DNA of 60,613 nucleotides, taken from positions 1-60,613 of the forward strand of contig CAZVJU010000002.1 of NCBI GenBank assembly GCA_964627195.1, read 5' to 3'. Shown one piece after another: positions 36,709-46,763 of this stretch. Origin of the DNA: an uncultured Gammaproteobacteria bacterium. GTDB taxonomy: Bacteria; Patescibacteriota; Microgenomatia; UBA8517. The notes below the pieces were generated by a model. That model searched no databases. It worked only from the letters and a program-made list of their open reading frames with translations, and was not told the origin of the DNA. Both the position numbers and the translations under genes were made by a program. How positions within the stretch are numbered: the first letter of the stretch is position 1; each line of letters opens with the position of its first letter.

Positions 36709-37000
36709 CTCCTGGTTGGCTAAATTGTTTTCTCTCTTTTTTACTTTGATCCCTAGCCGTTACAACTCGAATTGTCTTGCCTCTAAATGTAAATACTACA
36801 AAAAGCAGTCTTTCATTCCTCGTCCGACCTAGTACCTCAAATCTTTCCTCTATTTGAGAATGAGCATTATCTTCATTTACCAAAAACGGCTTATTAAAAA
36901 ATACCTGCTCGCATTCTTTATAGTTCACGCCATGTCTTCTAACATGCTCTAAATTACCCTTATCCCAATCAAAACCTTCTAGCTTCTTAAAATCAAACAT
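36686..37000 (-). CDS. BrnT-type toxin (DUF497 ribonuclease)
   Basis: FDWDKGNLEHVRRHGVNYKECEQVF and IRVVTARDQSKKERKQF match the BrnT/DUF497 pattern. Confidence 0.8.
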   Translation of the reverse strand: MFDFKKLEGFDWDKGNLEHVRRHGVNYKECEQVFFNKPFLVNEDNAHSQIEERFEVLGRTRNERLLFVVFTFRGKTIRVVTARDQSKKERKQFSQPGGEIYEKT

Positions 37001-37082
37001 GTCATTATGTATTTAATCATACAATACATAAATATCTCTTGTCAACTTATTAAGTCAAATAAATAATGTTATACTCGGAGAA

Positions 37083-38044
37083 ATGTCCGGCTTTAAAGAA
37101 TTAACAACAACTATTGCCGAAAAATATCAAAATATTCATTCCTGCCTAATAGGAAATTCCGACCAAATATTTTTTGAGAAATACTTTCCTGGTGAAGACG
37201 GAAGAAATGGCTTTATCAAAACTAACCGTAATTATCTCCATGATTTAAGATCTGCAACTAAAAGTGTAACTTCCATCCTTGTTGGTATAGCTTATGATAA
37301 AAAATTAATTTCTTTGGACGACCCTATTACAAAGTATTTATCAGGGTGGGTTCCTAACAATAGACACTCTTTGGAAAATATTAAGATTATAATCTTCTCA
37401 CTATGACTTCGGGGATTGACTGGAATCAAAGTGGATCAAGAAAGAGAAACGAAGTTGACTCGGAAGTTGAAATGGAGAAAAATAACAACCCAATTGAATA
37501 TATCTTATCTAAGAAGTTGACTTCTAAACCTGGAGAGATGTTTAATTACTGCTCGGGAAACACAGTTCTCCTCGGTAAAATTGTTGAAATCGCATCTGGA
37601 ATACATCTGGATAGGTTTATGCAGAGACATTTATTCGGTCCACTAGATATTAAGGAATATAAATGGTGGAATATTGCAAAGGAAGTTTACTGGACTCATG
37701 CAGGTTTACAAATGAAACCGGTGGACATGCTTAAAATTGGTCAGGTACTACTGAATAATGGAATATTTAAAGGTGAAAGAATTTTATCAAAGGAGTGGTT
37801 AGAAAAACTTAAAACACCTAGTAAAATTAATAAAGAATATGCTCTCCATTGGTGGTTAGCAAATCACAATATTGGTAATAGAAAAATAAATAGTTACTTT
37901 GCGGCCGGTAACGGTGGACAAAGAATCTTTGTTATACCTGGCTTAAATTTGACGGTCGTTTTTACAGCAGGTAACTACCACTCACCACTACAAACCCAAC
38001 CGAACGAAATATTAGAAAAAGAGATACTTCCGAAGTCGATTTAG
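37083..38044 (+). pseudogene. beta-lactamase-family serine hydrolase, frameshifted near 37385..37406
   Basis: The first ORF carries SxxK (SATKSV). The conserved LLTMTSG segment continues in another frame (ORF 37403..38044). The two ORFs overlap by 4 nt in different frames. Confidence 0.6.
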
Positions 38045-39690
38045 TAGTCCATTCCTCCGCCCATTCCACCACCTGGCATAGCAGGCATCTCTTTCTTTTC
38101 CTCAGGAAGATCGGTGATTAACGCTTCTGTAGTTAATACCATGGAGGCAACACTTGCCGCATTCTGGAGAGCGCTTCGTGTTACCTTAAGCGGATCAAGA
38201 ATGCCAAACTTTGTCATCGAGCCAAACTCGTTTGTAAGAGCGTTAAATCCATAATCCACATCTTTCTTTTTCTCAATTTCCTTTAAGATTATCCAGCCGT
38301 CGCCCTCTCCTGCATTTATTGCCAACCACCGCAGTGGTTCACCTAAGACATCGTAGACTATATCAATACCGACTTGCTCATCTTTATTTTCTCCTTTAAT
38401 TTTAGCATTCTCTCCTCTTAGAATTTCTCTTGCCCTCAAAAATGCCACTCCTCCGCCCGGCAAAATGCCTTCCTCAATTGCAGCTTTAGTTGCACCTACC
38501 GCATCTTTCACTCGCTCTTTTTTATCGTTTAATTCGATTTCAGTTGCTGCTCCGACATTTATTTGAGCAACCCCACCCGAAAGTTTAGCGAGGCGCTCTT
38601 CAAATTTTTCACGATCAAAGTCTGAGTCTGTTTCCGCAATCTGGCGTTTAATAAGAGCAATTCGCCCCTTTATTTTGGCCTTGTCCCCCTTACCTCCAAT
38701 AATTCTGGCGTTATCCTTGTCTGCCCAAATTTTGTCAGCCTGACCTAAATCAGTTATTTCGATTGATTCATAAGTTCGCCCTGTGTCTTCCGAAATTACA
38801 GTTCCCCCCGTTAAAATCGCAATATCTTCAAGTAGTTCTTTTCTTCTATCACCAAATCCAGGAGCTTTAATCGCAAGTACATTAAAAGTTCCTTTGAGCT
38901 TATTAACTACGAGTGTTGCCAGAGCTTCTCCTTCCACTTCATCGGCAATGATAACCAAATTCTTAGAGACTTTGACAAATTTTTCAAGAAATGGAAGCAT
39001 TTCCTGAATTGAAGTTACTTTCTTGTCTGTTAAAAGAATATAAGCATTTTCAATTTCTGCTTCCATTCTCTCAGGATTTGTTACGAAATAAGCAGAAACA
39101 TATCCCCTATCAAATTCCATTCCTTCCTTATATTCAATATCTATAGTTAAACCTTTGCCTTCTTCAACTGTTACAACCCCATCCCGTCCTACTTTGTCCA
39201 AAGCTTCAGCAATTTTTGCACCAATTGCCTCATCTCCGGCTGATATTGTAGCCACCTGTTCGATTTCTTCTTTATTTTTAATTGGCTTGGAGATTTTCTT
39301 AAGTTCAGTTACTACCGCCTCAACTGCCTTGTCAATTCCCTTCTTAACAACCATCGGATTAGCGCCGGCTGTAACATTTCTCATCCCCTGCGCAGTCATC
39401 TTTTGCGCAAGAAGGGTTGCGGTTGTGGTACCATCACCTGCAACATCGTTTGTTTTGTCGGCAGCTTCCTTTACCAACTGGGCCCCCATATTTTCAAATG
39501 GATCTTTCAGTTCGATGTCTTTGGCAACCGTAACTCCGTCATGGACGATATTCGGAGCCCCCCATTTTTTATCGAGTGCAACGTTTCGACCTTTAGGGCC
39601 AAGCGTAGTTACAACTGCTTTTGCAACAACATCAATCCCTTTCATAAGAGATTGTCGCGCTTCGTCCGAAAATTTTAATTGTTTAGCCAT
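38041..39690 (-). CDS. groL: chaperonin GroEL (Cpn60)
   Basis: [26 protein letters not shown] and the C-terminal GGM repeat [12 protein letters not shown]. Confidence 0.97.
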   Translation of the reverse strand: MAKQLKFSDEARQSLMKGIDVVAKAVVTTLGPKGRNVALDKKWGAPNIVHDGVTVAKDIELKDPFENMGAQLVKEAADKTNDVAGDGTTTATLLAQKMTAQGMRNVTAGANPMVVKKGIDKAVEAVVTELKKISKPIKNKEEIEQVATISAGDEAIGAKIAEALDKVGRDGVVTVEEGKGLTIDIEYKEGMEFDRGYVSAYFVTNPERMEAEIENAYILLTDKKVTSIQEMLPFLEKFVKVSKNLVIIADEVEGEALATLVVNKLKGTFNVLAIKAPGFGDRRKELLEDIAILTGGTVISEDTGRTYESIEITDLGQADKIWADKDNARIIGGKGDKAKIKGRIALIKRQIAETDSDFDREKFEERLAKLSGGVAQINVGAATEIELNDKKERVKDAVGATKAAIEEGILPGGGVAFLRAREILRGENAKIKGENKDEQVGIDIVYDVLGEPLRWLAINAGEGDGWIILKEIEKKKDVDYGFNALTNEFGSMTKFGILDPLKVTRSALQNAASVASMVLTTEALITDLPEEKKEMPAMPGGGMGGGMDY

Positions 39691-39745
39691 TTTTTAAGGT
39701 AAAAGGTAAAGGGTGAAAGGTAAATTAAATTAAGTCTTTTAATTT

Positions 39746-40099
39746 TTACTCCACGATTGCGAGTATATCATCAAACTTTGCGAATAGATATTCTTTGCCT
39801 TGCAGTTTTACTTCATTTCCACCCCATTTTTTATAAATTACAACATCTCCTACTTTGGCCGGCGATTTTCTCTTAGTGCCGGAGTCTGTAATTTCATCTT
39901 CCCCCATAGCTAAAATTTTGCCTTGTTGTGGTTTTTCTGAAACACTATCGGGTAGGTATATGCCAGAAGCTGTCTTTTCCTCAGCCTCCAAAGGTTCTAT
40001 AACAACATAGCCTGGAGCGGGTTTAAGCCCACCTGCCCGCTTCGCAGCGAGGCGAGCCGGCGAGGCAGAGTTCAATTTAGAAGTTTTCGTTTTCGCCAT
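39746..40099 (-). CDS. groS: co-chaperonin GroES with a basic N-terminal extension of about 22 aa
   Basis: GYVVIEPLEAEEKTASGIYLP, GKILAMG and VIYKKWGGNEVK are GroES-like. No internal start codon would remove the extension. Confidence 0.9.
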   Translation of the reverse strand: MAKTKTSKLNSASPARLAAKRAGGLKPAPGYVVIEPLEAEEKTASGIYLPDSVSEKPQQGKILAMGEDEITDSGTKRKSPAKVGDVVIYKKWGGNEVKLQGKEYLFAKFDDILAIVE

Positions 40100-40120
40100 A
40101 TTATCTTAACAAAAGAACTG

Positions 40121-40147
40121 TTAGCAGAAACTAACAGTGACTGCTAT
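40121..40147 (-). promoter_or_regulatory. degenerate CIRCE-like inverted repeat upstream of groES
   Basis: The minus strand reads ATAGCAGTC-N9-TTCTGCTAA (13 of 18 matches to CIRCE, correct spacing). Preceded on that strand by TTGACA (40170..40175) and TACAAT. Confidence 0.4.
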
Positions 40148-40195
40148 TGTAATAAAGAAGTTATGCATTTGTCAAGACCTGTAGTTATTTTCCAT

Positions 40196-41851
40196 CTACC
40201 TAAGAGGAATTGAGTATTTTAATAGAATTTCTTGTACGGCTTGGGAAAGAGTCTTAAGTTGAGCTATACCCCCTCCCCAGGTTTTTAAAGTTTCTTCGTA
40301 AGCTGATTTAAGCTGTGAATTAATACCCGTGGGGCCATCAAAAGTGTTATCAGCCAAGTACCAGCTCTTTGCATCTAAAGCCAGAGCCACGACCGACCCC
40401 ACCACTAAATCGTCTCTAAATTGAATGTTCATTTCAGGCCGAGGAAAGGCTCTGGGATATCCTTCAGTTTCCCTAAGACTATCATTCAACTTTTCCAAAG
40501 AATCCCTCTCAGTTAAATATTTCAAAAATTCCCAAGCAGTTTCCTTGTTTTGACTTCTTTCCCAAACACCCTGTGCCCAATAGGTAGCATAAGAATAATC
40601 CGGATCTGTGGGTTTATCTTTGGGAAGTTGGGGAAGCTTTACGGTACGAAATTTGAGGTTTGAGTTCTCCGCGGCTATATCTCTTGCCCGACTTGTCGGA
40701 CCAAAATACATTGCTACATTCCCCCGCGAAAATGCTATTGTTGAAGCAGGAAGTGTATTATTCCAAACTCCCATCCTCTTAAACTGATTGTAAAAAGATA
40801 AAACCTGAGATTCCGATTCTGTTGACAAACGTGCGGGATTAGCTCTGTTTTGAAACATCATAAGGCCTATAATCTCCGGCCAGTGATCTATGTTTACAGT
40901 ATCACCCAAAGCTACTCCGGACTGAATTATTTTCCCACCCTGACGAATCGTTAAACTCCCCTTTTTACTTCCATCTACCAGGTCTTTCAATTCATTCCAT
41001 GTTTCCGGAGGTTTTTGAATAGCTGTTGCGAAAATATCTTCATTTATAAAAAGGGTTAGGGCGTCGTATTCCAAGGGTATAGCGACAATACCTTGTTGAA
41101 GACTAAGATTGGAAACAATAACGGGATAAAACGACTGGGTATATTCTTCCTGACTCATGACAGATGCCGGTAAGGAAGCTAAGTCGTTTTTAAACATATA
41201 TGGCCAGGTGCTATGAATTTCAAAAATATCAGGTCCGCGGCCCGCAGCCAAAGCATTAGTGAGCCGTTCCCGATAATCCTTAGTGGACTGTTTTTGATAA
41301 ACCACTTTTACATTAGGGTGTTGCCTTTCAAACTCTTCTATCAAGGGTTTATATACACTCTCATCATGTTGAATACCCCACCAGAGAATTTCACCTTTTT
41401 TTCCTAACAGGATAGGTCCGGAGGAGCGTAACCTAAAAGCTACGAATAGAAGAAGTCCCAATAAAGCTACAATTATCAAAATAATAAGAGGTTTTATTCT
41501 TTTTTTGTGAGGAATAAAAGGCATAGTACCTGGGGGTAGATTTGAAGAGTCGGTTTTAATAGATTGACTAGGTTCTGGACTCATTGCCGCCATCGGCGAG
41601 TTGGACTGAGAGATGTTTACTTGTAAGCCAACATCTCCTTGCTGAGAATCCGCCACTCCGCTTGAATCGCTCAGGGGTTCTTTTACCTCCTCTACCTGAT
41701 AGTGCTTCCTTGGGTTAACTTCAGCCGGAGAATTATCTCGTACCTTTTCCGAAATGTTAGGGACTCCGACTTTGGCATCAGTAGGATGAGGAGGAGGTTC
41801 TGTGTGTGGAATAACAGGGTTTTTATCTTGCATAACAGCGGTATTATTCAT
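40196..41851 (-). CDS. extracellular solute-binding protein (ABC family 1-like) with a long disordered N-terminus and TM anchor
   Basis: After the TM helix (LIILIIVALLGLLLFVAF), the WWGIQHDESVYKPLIEEFERQHPNVKVVYQ start is typical of sugar-type SBPs. No permease or ATPase genes adjacent. Start is either ATG 41851 or TTG 41893. Confidence 0.65.
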   Translation of the reverse strand: MNNTAVMQDKNPVIPHTEPPPHPTDAKVGVPNISEKVRDNSPAEVNPRKHYQVEEVKEPLSDSSGVADSQQGDVGLQVNISQSNSPMAAMSPEPSQSIKTDSSNLPPGTMPFIPHKKRIKPLIILIIVALLGLLLFVAFRLRSSGPILLGKKGEILWWGIQHDESVYKPLIEEFERQHPNVKVVYQKQSTKDYRERLTNALAAGRGPDIFEIHSTWPYMFKNDLASLPASVMSQEEYTQSFYPVIVSNLSLQQGIVAIPLEYDALTLFINEDIFATAIQKPPETWNELKDLVDGSKKGSLTIRQGGKIIQSGVALGDTVNIDHWPEIIGLMMFQNRANPARLSTESESQVLSFYNQFKRMGVWNNTLPASTIAFSRGNVAMYFGPTSRARDIAAENSNLKFRTVKLPQLPKDKPTDPDYSYATYWAQGVWERSQNKETAWEFLKYLTERDSLEKLNDSLRETEGYPRAFPRPEMNIQFRDDLVVGSVVALALDAKSWYLADNTFDGPTGINSQLKSAYEETLKTWGGGIAQLKTLSQAVQEILLKYSIPLR

Positions 41852-41872
41852 GATATCATACAAGCTAGTTAT

Positions 41873-43663
41873 ATGCTTAAACTTTTTAGACAAAATGTGA
41901 TTAAGTTAGTAATAAAGCCGTTGGTAAAGTACAAGTGGATTTTAATCATTTTTATTACACCTGTTTTCCTATGTTTACTTACCATTTTAGGGTTTAGCTC
42001 CTATTATAGAAATAGAATTTTCCCTGGAATTAAAGTAGCTGGAATTGACGTTTCCGGAATGACACAAGACGGGGTGGAAAAAAAACTTGCAAAAGAGGTT
42101 ATTGCCCCGGAAAAAATAGTTCTTCTTGCCAAAAACCAATCCTTTGATCTTTTGCTGAGAGAAATAGGTTTTGGATATGATTATAGCAAGACAGCCGCGT
42201 TTGCCTTCTCTTTTTATAGATCCGATAATTTTCCGGAGAATATATTTCTTGGTCTCTCATCTGTCGGCAAAACACAGAAAATTAATCTAGATATATCTTT
42301 TGACGACCAAAAACTGACTGAGTATCTGCAAGTAGTTTCAGCTGGGACAGCCGTAGAACCTAAGTATCCGAGAATTAGCTATATAGAAGGAAATATAGTT
42401 ATTGATAAAGGAACGCGGGGAGAAAATGTTGATACTTTCGCCTTCAGAAAAAAACTTGACCAAAATCTTTCTTTCCGGGATTTTACACCAATTGCCATTC
42501 CTTTCAAAAGTATCGACCCAACCATCACCGAAGAGGAAGCAAATAATCTCAAGGTAAGAGCAGAAAAAATTCTAGGAAAAACTTTATCACTGTCCTACGA
42601 CTACACCACCATCACTCTAAAAGAAGACAAGCTTTTAAATTTACTAAGCCCTAATAATTCTTACGACGAAAAAAGTATTCTTGAATTCATAGACAAAGAG
42701 GTTGCACCAAAAGTGAATCACGAACCTCAAGACGCAGTATTTAAATTTGAAAGTGGCAAAGCTGTCGAATTTTTACCGGCGAAGGACGGCGTGACGGTTG
42801 ATGATTTTCTTTTGAAAAATCAGCTTAGTCAAAAAATTGCACTTCTTGAAACTGGCGAACAAAAGTCGGTTAATTTGGAGGTGCCTGTTAAGAAAGCTCC
42901 TCCAAATATAACAACTGACCAGGTAAACGATTTGGGCATTAAAGAACTTCTTGGAAAGGGAATTTCCAAATTTAAAGGCTCTATTCCAGGAAGAATCCAC
43001 AACATCGGACTTGCTTCGTCAAAATTCAAAGGCGTACTTATTGCTCCCGGCAAAACACTCTCATTTAACGACATTGTCGGCGACGTCTCGACGCTAACAG
43101 GCTATAAACAGGCTTACATCATTAAAGATGGAAGGACGGTCCTCGGTGATGGCGGCGGCGTCTGCCAGGTTTCAACAACTCTTTTCAGAGCTGCGCTAAA
43201 CTCAGGACTTCCAATTGAAGAGAGACGAGCACATTCTTACCGGGTAGGTTACTATGAACAGGGATCTCCTCCCGGAATAGATGCTACTGTTTTTGCTCCA
43301 ACAACGGATTTGAAAATTAAAAATGACACGTCGGGTCATATTTTAATTCAAACCATTTTCAACCCAACCGAAGTAACGTTAATTTTTGAAATTTACGGGA
43401 CAAGTGACGGGAGAGTTGCAACACTTACAAAGCCCGTTGTCACAAGTGTTACCGCCCCACCGGAAGATTTATACGTCGATGATCCAACTCTTCCAATGGG
43501 CCAAATAAAACAAATTGACCACAAGGCTTGGGGTGCAAAAGTTGTGTTTAATTACGAAGTAGTAAGAGACGGCACCACACTTTATCAAAAAAGTTTCGTG
43601 TCGAATTACCGCCCCTGGCAATCGGTTTTCTTACGCGGCACCGGATCTGCACCTATAAACTAA
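41873..43663 (+). CDS. VanW-family protein with N-terminal TM anchor
   Basis: VanW core GGGVCQVSTTLFRAALNSGLPIEERRAHS. Start moved to ATG 41873 (MLKLFRQNVIKL... then a TM helix). Confidence 0.75.
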   Translation: MLKLFRQNVIKLVIKPLVKYKWILIIFITPVFLCLLTILGFSSYYRNRIFPGIKVAGIDVSGMTQDGVEKKLAKEVIAPEKIVLLAKNQSFDLLLREIGFGYDYSKTAAFAFSFYRSDNFPENIFLGLSSVGKTQKINLDISFDDQKLTEYLQVVSAGTAVEPKYPRISYIEGNIVIDKGTRGENVDTFAFRKKLDQNLSFRDFTPIAIPFKSIDPTITEEEANNLKVRAEKILGKTLSLSYDYTTITLKEDKLLNLLSPNNSYDEKSILEFIDKEVAPKVNHEPQDAVFKFESGKAVEFLPAKDGVTVDDFLLKNQLSQKIALLETGEQKSVNLEVPVKKAPPNITTDQVNDLGIKELLGKGISKFKGSIPGRIHNIGLASSKFKGVLIAPGKTLSFNDIVGDVSTLTGYKQAYIIKDGRTVLGDGGGVCQVSTTLFRAALNSGLPIEERRAHSYRVGYYEQGSPPGIDATVFAPTTDLKIKNDTSGHILIQTIFNPTEVTLIFEIYGTSDGRVATLTKPVVTSVTAPPEDLYVDDPTLPMGQIKQIDHKAWGAKVVFNYEVVRDGTTLYQKSFVSNYRPWQSVFLRGTGSAPIN

Positions 43664-44199
43664 GAAGCAAATTTTAGAGCTAACGATATATCTGCCAATT
43701 CGTCGATGGATTCACTGAGCCCAAGGTTACTATCACCCAACCGTTCTCCTTCTTTTGTTGAGCGTTGAAAATCCCGAAGACATTTACCACCTTCAAGACG
43801 ATATAAAACCCTTTGGTTTTCACAATTACCTTGCAAAATCACTTCAAGATCCGAGCCTTCACTATTTTCAGGATGAGTAATAGAAACTTTTACTGTTGAG
43901 TTTATGAATCCCATATCTACACCTAAATAGGAAAGTGTTTCCCTAGAAATTCTCATTGCCGAAGTTACTCTAAGAGGTAAAGTAAAACCATCATTACTCC
44001 CATTATAATTCTTCTTTCTTTCTAACAATTCAATTCTTTCTAATATTTTATCTGCTGGACTTCCATGAGAACCCGGTGCCAATTCTATGCCCGCAAATTC
44101 AGGAATATCAGCCGCGTCTATAACTTCAACCACCTCTGGTGGTCCTAAAAAATTATCTTTTATAAATTTTTTTAGAAACTCATCACCTTCTATAGTCAT
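43660..44199 (-). CDS. hypothetical protein
   Basis: 179-aa ORF with no recognisable motif. Confidence 0.4.
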   Translation of the reverse strand: MTIEGDEFLKKFIKDNFLGPPEVVEVIDAADIPEFAGIELAPGSHGSPADKILERIELLERKKNYNGSNDGFTLPLRVTSAMRISRETLSYLGVDMGFINSTVKVSITHPENSEGSDLEVILQGNCENQRVLYRLEGGKCLRDFQRSTKEGERLGDSNLGLSESIDELADISLALKFAS

Positions 44200-44419
44200 T
44201 TTTAATACTCCTTGGATACTCTACCAATTCAATTTAATAACTGTAAATGAGCAATTCGGATGTATAATTTGCTAATCAGATTTTTGAAAAGAATTCTTTA
44301 TCGAACAAAGTCCGAAAATACTACAGGACATTGCACGTGTTACAGTAGCGGTACGTTTCTTAAAATGCATGCCTAATTTTTGAAAAATCTGTACTCAAAC
44401 TAAATACTATTTACCTAAA

Positions 44420-45517
44420 ATGGAAAGTATAAAAGACAACAAAAATGCAATAATAAGGGCGGTTAACACTCTACAAAAAGGCGGACTTGTAATTATGCCA
44501 ACCGAGACTCTTTACGGAGCAATGGTAGATGCAACTAATCCTTTAGCAGTAAAAAAACTTACAGCGTATAAAAATCGGCCATTAGGCAAACCTTTCTCGA
44601 TCGCCGTTACCAATCAGAAGATGGCTGAGAACTATGTCTTTTTAAACCAAACAGCAAAATCACTTTATAAAAAATATTTACCAGGTCCTTTAACTATTGT
44701 TTCCAATGGCAAACATAAAGTCGCAAAAGGAGTTGAAAGTGAAAGAGGAAATTTGGGAATTAGAATTCCGAAACATGACTTAGTTCTGAAGGTTATCGAA
44801 AAACTCGGCCGGCCGGTAACTGCTACTTCCGCCAACGCGAGTTATAAAAAAAGGCCGTATACCATTTCTGACATTTTGGACAACTTATCTAGTAAACAAA
44901 AACGGCTAATCGACCTTATTATCGATGCGGGTGAACTTCCCCACAACGAACCCTCGACAGTAATTGATACCACCTATGATGATCCGGTTGTCTTAAGACA
45001 GGGTGAAATTAAATTAAAAGATAGGGTTGAAGTACTTAGTAGAAGCGAAGAAGACACTAAAAATACTGCCAAAGAACTCTGGCAAAAATATGAAAAATAT
45101 AAGGGAAAAAGAGCAATTATCTTTGCTCTCGAGGGCGAAATGGGTGTAGGCAAAACTCAATTTACTAAAGGTCTGGCTTTAACTTTGGGAATTAAAGATG
45201 AGGTAATTTCTCCTACTTTTATTCTAGAAAGTGAGTATGACAGCTCACAAGAAAAGGCAGCACTAATTCATATCGACACCTGGCGGATGCAGAATCCTGA
45301 AGAGTTACTTGAACTAGGATTCACTAAAAGAGTTCTGGAGAAAAAAGTTTTAGCAATCGAGTGGGCTGAAAGGGTTTCTAGCATTATCAGAGAATTTGAC
45401 GAAGAAGCAATTATTATTTGGGTGAAAATAAAATATGGTAAAAGACCTGCCCGCAATGCTTCGTATAGCGATGCGGGCCGGGAAAACGACAGATTAATTA
45501 GCTGGGGAGTATTATAG
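44420..45517 (+). CDS. fused TsaC/Sua5 (YrdC domain) and TsaE (P-loop) t6A biosynthesis protein
   Basis: The N-terminal half is YrdC-like (GGLVIMPTETLYG, LGIRIP, TATSAN, PSTVID). The C-terminal half is TsaE-like with Walker A (GEMGVGKTQFTKG) and HIDTWR. Confidence 0.8.
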   Translation: MESIKDNKNAIIRAVNTLQKGGLVIMPTETLYGAMVDATNPLAVKKLTAYKNRPLGKPFSIAVTNQKMAENYVFLNQTAKSLYKKYLPGPLTIVSNGKHKVAKGVESERGNLGIRIPKHDLVLKVIEKLGRPVTATSANASYKKRPYTISDILDNLSSKQKRLIDLIIDAGELPHNEPSTVIDTTYDDPVVLRQGEIKLKDRVEVLSRSEEDTKNTAKELWQKYEKYKGKRAIIFALEGEMGVGKTQFTKGLALTLGIKDEVISPTFILESEYDSSQEKAALIHIDTWRMQNPEELLELGFTKRVLEKKVLAIEWAERVSSIIREFDEEAIIIWVKIKYGKRPARNASYSDAGRENDRLISWGVL

Positions 45518-45530
45518 AAAATTAAATTAC

Positions 45531-46460
45531 TTAATTATTTAATTGAAGATTCCTTCTTTTACGAGCTTCGTGTTGGTCTCCTGTTAAATCAGTTAAACGT
45601 GCCAGAATTTGATGTATCTCTTCAAAATTATTACCCATACCTTCATGTATTGCTTTTGCAACTAACATTCCATACATATTTTTACTTATTAAATCACCTT
45701 CAAAGTTTTTTCCCTCATCCTTTACAAACCTTTTCCATGAAGTTGAAAGGGAAGTCCAGCAATCAAAACTAAATGGACCAGTTTCCAGACCTTCTTGAAT
45801 TCTATATCTAAGTCCTAATCCTTCTGTGAGATATGCTTCAACTTCACCATAATATCTTCTTAATATATTCCCTCTGTCTGTTAGAGAAAACTTATGCGTT
45901 TCCTTAACTCTTTTGTCGACATCAAATTGTTCTATAAAATCAACATACTTTTTCGCTAGCTCTGTAGACGGAAATGCATCATATTCAAGTGAGAGTGGTC
46001 CATTAGGCCAAGGAAGATTCGTCCAAACATGTGTAAGCTCATGTAATTCACCTATTGCCAAATCATTTGGAAGACTTCGTCTTCCAAATTGTCCGGGTTG
46101 TAATTGATATAAACGATAGACGATACTAGGTAAAATAGATGTCGTAAGTTCGTCCGTCGAAGATGCAGTAATTCTATTACCCGTCGAAAATCTTTTTATA
46201 TAATCATCAGGTAGAAGTTTAAATAACTCACCACCGCAATAAAAATCTTCAAACCATGCCGTGCCACCTACTCCCGCGTCAATACCTTTTCGATATAAGC
46301 TATCAGTATATACAGACATAAATCTTCTATTGTTAACTGTCCCATGATTATCGTAAACATCCAAGGGAGCACAAAATATATCAAAATTAGGCGATTGGTG
46401 TGTTTTTATAAGAGGTCCGTTTAGCCCACCTTGTAACGACTCATCTTTTGGTACCAACAT
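45531..46460 (-). CDS. hypothetical protein with HExxH motif (putative metallopeptidase)
   Basis: The single HELTH motif (IGELHELTHVW) is the only recognisable feature. Confidence 0.4.
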   Translation of the reverse strand: MLVPKDESLQGGLNGPLIKTHQSPNFDIFCAPLDVYDNHGTVNNRRFMSVYTDSLYRKGIDAGVGGTAWFEDFYCGGELFKLLPDDYIKRFSTGNRITASSTDELTTSILPSIVYRLYQLQPGQFGRRSLPNDLAIGELHELTHVWTNLPWPNGPLSLEYDAFPSTELAKKYVDFIEQFDVDKRVKETHKFSLTDRGNILRRYYGEVEAYLTEGLGLRYRIQEGLETGPFSFDCWTSLSTSWKRFVKDEGKNFEGDLISKNMYGMLVAKAIHEGMGNNFEEIHQILARLTDLTGDQHEARKRRNLQLNN

Positions 46461-46518
46461 ATATATGTAACTCGCTTAAAAATACTATTGGTGTAAGAAA
46501 TTGCTTCAATCTTGGGTT

Positions 46519-46710
46519 CTACTCACGTTTATAACACCATTCAAAATCAGTCATTATAGAATCGATAACCTCATCAGGCAAACAACCTGTCTCTGCTGTC
46601 GGACCATACAACATTAAATGTTCGTACCAAGAATCCCCTCCGGGAGTAATTCCAAATTCAGTCATAGGTCTATAAAGGTCAGGTCTTTTTATTTCAAATT
46701 CGATAGCCAT
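46519..46710 (-). CDS. small hypothetical protein
   Basis: 63-aa ORF upstream of, and co-oriented with, the HExxH gene. Confidence 0.3.
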   Translation of the reverse strand: MAIEFEIKRPDLYRPMTEFGITPGGDSWYEHLMLYGPTAETGCLPDEVIDSIMTDFEWCYKRE

Positions 46711-46763
46711 ACTAATTTAAAGGTCAATTATAACAATCAATAAGTAAATGATAAAATTTGAGT

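Larger units (their letters stand above)
36393..38040. mobile_element. putative islet 1 inserted at the groEL 3' end (BrnTA module + frameshifted serine hydrolase)
   Basis: Flanked by the functional groEL end (38041) and remnant B (36349..36392) in direct orientation. No integrase seen. Confidence 0.45.
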
